The notes under the pieces: model-generated | Told to the model about the DNA's origin: nothing | The model's input: the letters and a program-made list of their open reading frames with translations, nothing else | Databases searched by the model: none | Program-made: the position numbers and the translations under genes | Shown: one piece after another, positions 22,338 through 34,300 of the stretch | Numbering within the stretch: the stretch's first letter is position 1 | Layout: the number at the start of each line of letters is the position of its first letter | NCBI GenBank assembly: GCA_905178155.1 | Contig: CAJINV010000005.1 | Span: forward strand, 8,306,515-8,370,514 | Reading direction: 5' to 3' | DNA length: 64,000 nt | From: Amoebophrya sp. A120 | Lineage: Eukaryota > Protista > Dinoflagellata

Positions 22338-25300
22338 ATGGGCGCCGCCGCAAGCTCCGCCCTGAAGGGGCCCGGAAAGGGAGGGAATAAAGACGGGGAT
22401 ACCAAATGCAAATATAATGTCTGGGTTTGGAAACTTGTGATGCAAGCCAGGGAATACTGGGCGCACTGTCATGCGTGGGCAAGCATGACAAGTTTTTGAG
22501 CTGCTATGTGTAGCGTATTCCGCATGGCAGACTGCGCTTCGCATCACAGACAAGACGATCTTATTACGCCTTCGCATGACCGGGTTCCGAGTCATGTCAG
22601 ACTAGCATGACAAATCTGGCAATCTTCCACACCCAGACATATTCGCATTTGATAGGGGAGAAAAACAAGCAACCATCGCAGCACCAGCAGTGGCGAAAGC
22701 CTAAAGATTATGCAATGCAAAATTTCGTACCAGTATAAATTACATATACAAATAATTAGCCCAGCATTACAAATTTGAATTTGTAATGCTGATTTACCTT
22801 GAGAAAGAGATTTGTAATGCATAAATGCAATTACTACGAGTACGATACTTTTGCACTGGATAAAGATTTGAAGGAAATCAAAAAGCAGAACGAGCAGCGC
22901 AGGAAAGAGCAAGAGGAGCTGGAGAAGCGACGAAAAGAGGCGGAAGAGAAGCTGAGAAAACAGAAGGGTAGCAAATGCAAATATGTTTGCGTCTGGAAAC
23001 TTGTGATGCTAAAACGTGGATGATGGAAACAGTTCCGCACGCATCCCAGCATGACAACTTTCTGGAACGCTTTCTCATAGGCATGAGAAAGTGCGTTTTT
23101 GTAGTATGTACAAAAGAGGCCCCGACTTCTTTTGTTGGTTATGCAATACAGACTTCCTAGGCATGGAAAGCTAGCATTACAAGTTCCAACCTTCCAGACC
23201 CAGACATTTTTGCATTTGATAAAGGAGCTGCTCGAACAGGAGCGAAAACGGTTGGAAACGTATCCTGAATAAAAACTTCCCCACCCCATAGTCAAAATGG
23301 GAAAGCAAATCTGCTAGACCAATCTACAACCTTAGGGTGTTGCGCATGACAAGTTTGGTCGCGTAGTGTAGTCCTTTTTAGCTCGTTCAGAAGCATCACA
23401 AAACTGCCCCACCGTGCTGATTGGAGCATTACAAATCCCAAAACAGCACGACGAGGAGTCGCTTCCCATCGAGCTCCGCATGAGAAACGTTTTGAGCATG
23501 CGTTTTTGCATGACAGCTTTGGGTTGGGGACGTTTTTACATGGGAGAAAACGGCCGAAGAGATCGACGGAGCAGAAGTCGTATGAACTGCAAAAGTATCG
23601 TACTCGTATTGCAATCATGCATTACAAATCTTTTTCTTGAGGTAAATCCGCATTACAAACCTTATTTCTCATGCTGAGGAAACTTGTAATGCATTCATAC
23701 GAGTACGTTACTTTTGCAATGCATAAGTCGGAGACTACGTCGCGGGGCAAACCACAGCGGGAAACACCGCGAGCAGCCCGGAATTGAGTCAAAACAACGA
23801 CATATCCTATGTAAAAACATCCCCACCCCAGAGTTGTCATGCAGATCTGCAATGACAAGAACATTTCTGATGCGCATCCCGATGATGGGCATTTCCAGTC
23901 GTGATTTGGAACTTGTAATGCTGTAAACGGGATAAGCGGATGGATTTGTAATGCGGCTCTCCACACTAACCTGCACTACAGTACGAACTGAAATTTGTCA
24001 TGCGTGACCACCAAAACTTCTAGGTTTGTGTTGCAAAGTCCCCATCTTGACTCTGTGGTGGGGACGTTTTTACTCAGGATACGACAACTACGGAGCAGGA
24101 GCAGCGGGGCAGAATGGCGAGCAGAACTACAATTTCAACCCTGATATCGAATGCAAATATGTCTGGTTCTGGAAGTAGGTTGCAACTTGTAATGCTGTGC
24201 TTGGATTCTAAAACAGTTATGTATTGCCTGACCAGCAAAAGGAGTGCCGTTCTTCCTACGCGGAGGGGGCATTTATTGTCATGCGCAATAGGCATGATCA
24301 GGGAGCCCTCTAATAATCTGTGATGCTAAGCCGTGTAGTTGTACAGGCATTCTGGGCCATGCACATATGCATGACAAAGAACCTGGCAATCTTCCAGACC
24401 CAGACACGTTTGCTGTTGATGCCTGATTACGTCTTCTTCGACGATCAAACGGGCAAATTATCACAAGAAAAAACTGTTTCACTGTAAACTTGTAATGCAG
24501 AAAATGCATCTGAGAAGTGTTTGTCTTGCTAGTCATGCAAGACAGTGGATTTTTAGCTGTGTTTTCCCTTAGGGATCTCGCATGGCAAATTTTCTCTGTG
24601 AAGATGTAGAGCAAACTTGTGATGCAGAACTTGCAAAATCCTTACAGTGAAACACTTTTTTCGTACGATACAAATACATCGCCTACGACTACGACGAGCA
24701 GGGTAATATCATCAACATGCAGGACGTCTTATCAAATGCAAATATGTCTGGGTCTGGAAGGTCGCCAGACTTGTCATGCAGGTTTTCCATGACGCATGAG
24801 GGCTGTGGCTGTCATATATGAGCTAGCATGACAGATTCTGCGCGACCTCTATCATGCCTCGCCTGCATGAGAAACTGCCTCTCAACTTGGTCAGAAGTGA
24901 GCAGCTTTTGGCAATCACGCAACACAGATTTTCGCACTATCCAGAATTAGCATGACAAGTTCCAGTGTTCCAGACCCAGACATATTTGCAATGCATACGT
25001 CTCGGTGCACTACGAAACGGCGGCCGAGAAAGCGCTGAAGAAAGCGGAACAGGTATCCCCAGTAAAAACAACATCCCCATCCCAGAGTTATGATGCAGAT
25101 TTGCAGTGACAGGAAGACTTGTAACTAATGCGCATCTCCACGAGAGGCATTCGCATTTCCAGTCGTGTTTTGAAATTTGTAATGCGGTAAACAGGATAAG
25201 ATAAGGAGATGGCTTTGTGATGCGAGTTTTCGTACTTGCTACAGTGCACTACAATACACAGAAGATTTTGTCATGCGCGAATTCCAAGGCATGTGGATTT

Positions 25301-28300
25301 GTGTTGCGAGATCCCCATCTCGACTCTGGGTTGGGGACGGTTTTTCACAGGATAGCAGGTCGGGATTTTCGACATTATGGAACACGAAGAGGTTATGCCA
25401 GGAAAAAAGCGTCACAGTTACACATTGTGTTGGAGAACGCGCAAGACAGACAACCTCTCTCATGCTGGAAAGGCATGCGAGCCTCGTTTATTCATACGTG
25501 TTTTCCCTTAGCATCTCTGCATTGCAAGTTTTCTCTGCAATGCAGAGCAAGTTTGTGTTGCTAAAGTTGCAACAAATGTGTAACTGTAACACTTTTTCCC
25601 TGTGATAGAGGTGGTCCCCTCGGAGTACGTGAAGAACCAGGAACGCATATCCTATATAAAGACATCCCCGCCCCAGAGTTGTCATGCAGATTTGCAAGCA
25701 CAAGAGCATTTGTAATGCGCATCCCCATGAGAGGCCTTTTCCACTGTGTTTTGGAACTTGTAATGATGTAAACAGGTTGAGGAGACGGATTTGCTATGCG
25801 GCTTCCCTTGCCAAGCTGCACAACAGTACAGCCTGCAACTTGTCATGCGTGACTCCCAAAAGTTCAAGGTGTGTGTTGCAGAACCCCCTTCTTGACTCTG
25901 GGGTGGGGATGTTTTTGCTTAGGATAACGCAAGGAAATCGAGGAGCGGCTGAAACAAGACGAGATGAAGAGGTTATCAAATGTAAAAATGTCTGGGTCTG
26001 GAAACTTGTGATGCTGAATTGCGCATGTTTGAAGCGCTTCCAATGGCAGCCAAGCATGACAAGTTTTTGAGAGGGCTGCTGATGCCTAGCACGCATTACA
26101 AATTGCGTTTTCGCATGACAAAGAAAGCCTCTGTTTTGCTGCTCATGCAACACAGATTTTCCAGGAATGCATGACACGCATTACAAGTTTCAACTTTCCA
26201 GACCCAGACATTTTTGCACTTGATAGAGGTCCAAGCAGAACGAAATCCTGCAATTGCGGCAAAGGGTATGATAGTGCACAACTGCCCCTCCCCCTCATTT
26301 GTATGGCATGAACAGCATCACAACCACCAACATTCATGGAGCCTGTGCATGACAAGTTCACGCGCCGAGTGTAGTACTGTTTCGGCTTGTTCCGGAATTT
26401 GTAATGCAAATAGTGCCATAAGGCACCAACTGGATATGTGGTTTTGCATTACAAATGAGGGGATGTTGTGCACCGTTATAAAGGGAAGTGAAAACGGGGT
26501 CGATTTTTGGGAATCCGAAAAGAAATTCGGACGTGCTGAACGCAAGTCAGCTGGGGAGCAGTCAAAAATTATGCGATGCAAAACAAGTATCCTACTCGTA
26601 TAAATGCATTACAAATTTCCTCAGCGTGAGAAAATCTGTAATGCGGATTTACCTTTAGAAAAAAATTTGTAATGCATGACTGCAATTACTACGAGTTGTG
26701 CGATACTTTTGCACAGGATAGAAATCCATTGGGACCAACAACAGCCTCCGGTCGAGCCAATTGTCGCTCAACAACACCCAGGATAAGCAGGTTTTACAGC
26801 TGCAGGACGAGTTGGTCTCCAAGCACGAGAAGCTGAAACTACCGGAAAACATGTCCTTAGAAAACACTCTGATTGACGCCGCGAACAAAATCTGGGAGCA
26901 AATTATCCGGGAAAACAAGTCCCGCCGAGTATTACAATGAACAATGCCCCCACCCCCGAACTTGGGAGAATTTGTATTGCAAACCTTTCCAAAAGAAACA
27001 TTCGCCCTCTTGCATCTATCAGCATCACAGATTTCCAATCGTGAATAGCAAAAACTTGTATTGCAAAAGATCCCAGCAAAAGCGGCGCTTGTCATGCAAG
27101 CGATGCGATTCACGCCTAGACCCTGTATCAGAAAGATTCATACTCCTTTCATGCATGACAAAAAGTTTTCTTTTGGAAAATTCGCATCACAAATTTTTGC
27201 AACTGTGGGAGTGGGGGCATTTTTAACTGTAATACCGAGCGGAGTTGAACGCGAGCGGCGGGTTAGGACCCCCGGGCAGCACGTTGACGTATCAAAAGAA
27301 AAAATTCCCCCTCCCCATATCGAAAGCGACATCTGTGACGCTGTATTTGAGTACACAAATCGACTTGTATTGCTAGAAGGCCAAGAGCCGCAGTTGTGGC
27401 CTCGTTTGCAGGCAATTTGTCGTGCTATGTCGCACTTCCAGCTGCCTCCTGTCGTGCTGAAGATGCAAGGCCTTCCCACGCCGCCCAGCACTACAGGCCG
27501 CATCTTTTGTTCCCTTCTAGCATGACACAGCTGATTTGTGACCACAAATCTGCATCACAGATTTCCGCTTTGATATGGGGAGGGGGGATTTTTCTTCTCG
27601 ATATGACGCAGCCGCAGAACAACACGACCAATGCGACGTCGCAGAGAACCAGCACGCGACCCTCGCAAAACAATAACAACTCTCCGGCCAAGGCAAATTT
27701 CGGCAACGACCTGAATAACCCGAACGACCCCACCATTCTGCTCACGCTGAAGAAACAGGTGGAAGAGGCGGCGCTATTGAGAGGAAAAAATCCCCCCTCC
27801 CCATATTGAAAAGGTATGTTTCCGAAAATTTGTGTTGCTGATTTGTGGCCACAATAAATCAGGTTTGTCGTGCAAGAAGACAAGTGCAAAGGCTTCCCTC
27901 CCATTCTGGAAGCGATTTGGCATGCTGTTTGGCCTAGAGGGCAGCCGTTTGCGATGCTAAGCAACTAGATCCAGGCGCACCTATCCAGGCGAAGGATCTG
28001 GCCGCAATGCCTTACAGCAAGACAGAGCGCATTTGCGTACGCAAATTCAGCACGAGAAACTTCGTTTTGATATGGGGAGGGGTGATTTTTCTCCTCGATA
28101 GGCGCACTCTCTGGAGGCGTACGAGAACGACCTGGAGACCTACGCGCAGCAGAAGTATGCGCTCATACACGAACTGGACCAGCTGGTCTTGAAGATCGAG
28201 CCCAACGCGATTTTGGGGTATAACGAGCAATTGGAAACCGCCTACGAATATCCAGTGCAAATATGTCTGCATCTGGAAACTTGTGATGCACAAAAGGAAT

Positions 28301-31300
28301 AAATAGTGAGCACACTCTGATGCGCTGCCAAGCATGACAAGTTTTTTCGTGGTTCTGAGTTGCGTACTCCGCATGAGAAACTGCGTTTTTGCATGACAGG
28401 CAAGAGGAGCCCTTCGCGGCCGCGCAATACAAAGTTCAGAGTCATTCTAGACTAGCATGACAAATCTCGCAATCACCGCCCAGACCCAGACATATTTGCA
28501 GTTGATAACGAATTTGTCGAGGGCGAGTTCGCCATTCGGAAGGGGAAACTGTGCACCATATCGCAAGAAAAAATTGTTTCACTGTAAACTTGTGATGCAT
28601 AGAATGGAGCACAGAAGTGTTTGTCTTGCTACACATGCATAGGGCATTGGAGTTTCAACCGTGTTTTATTCCCTTAATTTTCTTTGTCATGTACAACAAA
28701 TAACCTGTGATGCAAAACAACTTGCAAAAAAATCCTTACAGTGAAGCACTTTTTTCTTGCGATACACCATTCACAAGATCCACCACCAGGAGCTGCCATA
28801 TGGGGTTCTCAAACGTTACATTCTCAACCGTTGCATGATTTGTCATGCAAACTGACCATGAGGCGCCGGACGATGAAGCCGCTTCGCATGAGAAATTCTC
28901 GGAGGGCCAAATAGCACTAGAATCCGCACCAAATCTGTAATGCAAGATGCGCAAGGTTCTCCCTCTCGCCTGTGCTATTCTTGCATTACCAATGCATGTA
29001 ACAGTTGAGAATGTAACAGTTGAGAACGCCATATGCCACCCTACTACGAAGTGAAACCCTACTACCACAACGAAAACTTGACAAACAATTTCACCATGAA
29101 TCAAAACATCATCGGGACCGAGGCGACCAAGCTGAAGGCATTGGGACCGGTGCTATTGAGAGGAAAAATCCCCCCTCCCCATATCAAAACGAAATTTCTG
29201 ATGCTGGATTTGTGTACACAAATCCGAGCTGTCTTGCTGTAGAGCACTGCAGGCGCATACTAAGTGTGAGTAGAGAGGTTTTGGCCTAGGCACTTAGCAT
29301 GAAAAATGTCAGCACTGTAGGCCCAACAGCATGACAAACCGCCTGCACAATGCGGCGGAGCCTGCGGAGTTGCTTTCTTGCAAGACAGACGCGATTTGTG
29401 GCCGCAAATCAGCATCACAAATTTCCAAAAGTATACCTTTTCAGTATGGGGAGGGGGGATTTTTCCTTTTGATAGGTGCAGGCCGGGCAGGTCCGGGCGA
29501 AGATGCGAAGCATTGTATTACAATAAAAAGTGCCTCCATGGCCCCGGGAGTCAGTCGCAACAGTTTCTGAGATGCAAAGTTTCCAAACGGAAACTTTCTG
29601 TCTTGCATGAAATAAGCACTCTGAGTCTTTCTGGCACAGAATCTAGGCTCGCGAGGCACCTTTTGCATGACAGGCCCGGCTGTTGTTGGGCTCTTTAGCA
29701 ACACAAATTTTAAGCTGTTCAGCATCGAAAATTGGCGATGCTGAGACATGCAACACGGGGAATGTTTCTATTGCGAAAGGTTGCAAAAATACGTATGCTC
29801 CCATGCTTCTGGGGTGGGGGCGTTTCTCATTGTAATACATTGATGTGATTGAGTCCAAAGTCGTCGTCGCGGACGAAGGCAAGCGAAACGCGGAACAGGA
29901 CTTGGTCATGAACCACAAGAAGCTAGAGGAGTTGTTTCAAGCCATGAAGCTTGGGAAGGACATATCCAAGAGAAAAACGTTGTTAGTGTAAATTTGTGAT
30001 GCGCAACATGCAGGATTGCGTCTGTCATGCTTGGCATGCATCGTAGGGTCCATTAGCGGGCATTTTCACGTACTATCTGCGCATGACAGGTTTTTGCTGT
30101 CATGCCAGACAAATTTGTAATGCTGTTCCTCCTAAAAAGTTACACCTACAATGTTTTTTTCTTGGATAGGACAATCCGCCCGCGAATCCCGGACCCCCGG
30201 TCACCTTGCCCATCCCAATGCTGCCGACCCAGCCACAGCAGCCCGTGGATTTGAACATGACGATATCCAATAAGAAAAGATTGTAGCTGTAACTTTCTTG
30301 GAGGAATAGCATCACAAATCTGTCTGCGAGCAGAAACCTGTCATGCGCAGACTGTACGTGAAAACGCGCTTGGAAGTAGAGCCTAACGATGCATGCCCAG
30401 CATGACAGCCGCAATCACTTTGCATGTTGCGCATCACAGAGTTACACTAACAATGTTTTCTTCTTCGATAGACAAGAACGCGGGGCATAGCCGCGCAGAA
30501 CATTCCGCGCCCGGTTAGTAGCCGGCCGAAGTGGAAGCCGGGGATGGGGCCGGTGAACATGTATCAAAATGAAAAATCCCCCTTCCCATATCAACGTGGG
30601 AATTTGTGATGCTGATTTGTGGTCACGAATCACCTTTGTCTTGCCTACACGGAAATGGGAACTATGTGGCGCATTCCACAGTCAGTCTGTCATGCGCTTT
30701 CGACTGCTGCAAACCTATTTGCCATGCCTAACGGCTAGCCTTCTGCATACCCAAGAAACAGGCCCAGAAAATGACCCCAACCACTTTCTGCAAGGCAGAC
30801 CTGATTCGTGTATGCAAATCCAGCATCAGAAACCTCGTTTTTTTATATCGGGAGGGGGGATTTTTCCTTGTGATAACATGCCCAGCATTGAAGTCGTGAA
30901 AAAGTGGGCACAGCCGGGTATGCAGGACTACAGTCCGCCACATAATCAGATGGAAAGCGACAACGTCAATTTGAACCAGAACTATAGTCAGAACAACTAT
31001 GGAGGTCCTGGCGCAGGACAGCATTACAACTCTGCGAACCCGACTACCCAATACCAGTACCAGCAGGTGCAGGGCGGCGCGGGCATCTACACGAGTCCGG
31101 TCACGCGAAATTCCAGTGCGTCCAATAGCAAGGAAAAAGAGAAGGAACGGGAGCAGCTTATTGTGTGTAAAAACGTCCCCACCCCATAGACAAGATGAGA
31201 AATCTGCTAGACAAATCAGCCAGCTTTGGCTGTTGGGCATGACAAGTTTGGCTTCGTAGTGTAATCCTGTTGAGCTTGTTCAGCAGCGTCCCAGGTCTTG

Positions 31301-34300
31301 CCTATTATGCTGATTGGAGGGAGCATTTTACAAATTCCAAAACACGGCTTCGAGCAAATGCTTCTCATGGTGCTCCGCATGAGAAACCTTTTTAGCGTGC
31401 AGATTTGCATGACAGCTATCGGGTGGAGATGTTTTCACACAGGATACAGCTCATTTTTCAGCACGGGGAGAAGATGCGACAAGAAGAGTACATGCGCCAA
31501 GAGGAATATCCGAGAAAAAAACTATGTGAGTGTAAGTCTGTGATGCAGAAAATGCAAAACTGTTTACACTTGTCATGCTGCTCTTCCGTACAAAGTTACA
31601 CTTACACAGTTTTTTTGCTGGATACAGAACAGAGAAGCAGCCGAAAAAATTCGAAGTCGCAAAACAGCGTACCGACCACCGGGGGTTTCGGGCTGCCGTC
31701 CATGGAAAAAATGCAGGCGGATAGGGCGAAGTATTTTAATTTGTTTTTTTCAAAGACTGTAAGAAGTACTTTACCAATTATGGCCTCACTGCTGGCAAAA
31801 GATGTTGTTCTTGGCTTGTTCATCTTGCAGTGAAAATAGTAGTTGTCGTCCGGCGGAAGATGTTCTTCCAGTGGGTTTTTTTTGTGAATATAGAGTACGT
31901 TTTATGTTGGTCAAAAATTTTGAAACAGGATGGACCAGCAGCAGCAGCAGCAGCAGACCCAGCAAGCTCAACAGCAGCAACAGGCCGCCCAGCAGCAGCA
32001 GCAAGCCGGGAAGACAAAATGGATTCCCTACTCCACCTATGCATTGCAAATATGTCTGGATCTGGAAAGATGCAACTTGTCATGCTCAATCTGGATCGTG
32101 CCAAAAATTTGTGTTGTATGATCAGAAAGAGATGTCCACTTTTAAACAAGTTCAGATGGAGTTTCTCATGCAGGATAGGCATGACAGAGACCGTACAGAG
32201 TCTGTCATGCTAGGCCCCGCATTCCAGACCTCATGGGTCATGGAAAACCTGCATGACAAGTTTACACTCTTCCAGACCCCGACATATTTGCATTTGATGC
32301 CACCGAAGACGGCAACGTCTTCTACTACAGCGAACAAACGGGCGAATCGGTGTGGGAACTGCCCGCAAACGCAGAAGTCGACTACAGTAACTGCGAAAAC
32401 GACACTAATGTCGAGCAGCAACGGCAGAAAGAGGAGGACGAGTACTACCAACAGTACGGGTACGCAAACCGGCAAGCCTACGAAGACGCTTGGTACAAGG
32501 CGGAGGCAGAGAAACAGGCGAAAGAGCAACAGAAAATAAAGGAACAAAAGCAGGACCCTATCCTGAGTAAAAACGTCCCCACACCAGAGGCAAGATGGGG
32601 ATTTTGCAACACAAGCCTAGAAGCTTTGGGAGTCACGCATGACAAATTGCACTCCGTAGTGCAGTGCAGGATAGCAAGTGCAGCCGCATCACAGATTCAT
32701 CTGCTTATCCTGTTCATAGCATCACAAATTCCAAAACACGATTGGAAATGTTTACCATAGGTATGCGCATCACAAATGTCCTTGCCATTGCAAATCTGCA
32801 TGACAACTCTTGGGTGGGGACGTTTTTCCTCAGGATAGACCCGTTTTACCACTTGCGACAGCACGAGCAGCATATCCTGTGCAAAAGCATCTTCGCACTT
32901 ACTCGTGATGATTGCAGGCATGCATGCATGACAAATTTCCTTTCCAAGGTGAAACAGCACGACAAATTCAATTTTTCATGCTGAGAACATTTGTAATGCA
33001 ATTTATACTAGATAGTGCGATGCTTTTGCAATTCATACAGCAACAGGCACAACAGCAAGCCGAGTGGGCGGAGTGGTACTGCTGTAAATGAGGTTTTATT
33101 TTGGTAAATGCATGGATCGTGTGTGCGCTATGCATGACAGGCAGCTGTTGCGTTGCGCTGCCTCGCATGACAAAGGCAAGTTTCTTCGAAAATATAATCT
33201 ACAGGTACAAGCAATATCAAGCGTGGTACGCCGGGAGTGTGGGTGGACAACAGCACCAACTTATGGGAATGAAATATATACTTCCTGTCATGAGGATGAG
33301 CTTTTGTTTAAATAGCATTTTATGCATGACAAAACCGCTCTGCAGTCATGCAGACTAGGACAGCAAATGACAAGTTTAGTATTTCATCCCCATATTGCAC
33401 AACCAGCAGCAAAACAATCCGTATGGAAATAACAGCAGCCAGCCCTTCGTTGGCAACCCCTACCAAAACCAGCAAAATACCAATGCGGGCTACGGAGCAC
33501 AACAGCAACGGGGACCACACCACAATGCAAACTCCCCCGGTATGGCGTTCTCAAGCGTTACATTCTCAACTGTTACATGAATTTGTAATGCAAGGCTAGC
33601 ACAGGCGAGAGAGAGAACCTTGCGCGTCTTGCATTACAGGTTTGGTGCGGATTACAGTGCTATTTAGCCATCCGGGAATTTGTCATGCGAAGCAGCTCGA
33701 TCGTCTGGCGGGTCATGGTCATTTTGCATGACAAATCGTGTAACAGTTGAGGATGTAACGTTTGAGAACCCCATACCCGGCGGGCCACAGCATCAGCAGA
33801 ACCAGCGACCTCCCACTGGGGGAACCCCGAATTTGCCGCCCGGGGTGCGCTATCAAATGCAAAAGTGTCTGGGTCTGGAAGAATGCGCGATTTACATTAA
33901 CATTGCTTGACTTCCGGGTTCTGGTACGGCATACCCCCAGCGAGAGGTGAACTCGACAGGTGACCTCGACAGGTGACCTTGACAGGTGACCTTGACCGGT
34001 GACCTAGACAGGTGACTTGGACAGGTGACCTGTACAGGTGGCCGCGACAGGTGACGACGACAGGCGAGGCGAGAGGATAAATCACAGGCGAGGCCAGCGC
34101 CTACGCTCGTGTCGTATGTTATTGACGTGAAAAGCAAACATTTGCGACACAGAAAATGAAAAAGAGAAAAGCGCAAAAAAAAAAACTGCGACGCAGAACA
34201 TGAAAAAGATAAGAGCGCAAAAACACAAACTGCCCCCACACACACACAAAGAAGTCTCTGCGTCGCGGTGCAAAAATATTAAAAAAGTGCTTTCTCTTTG

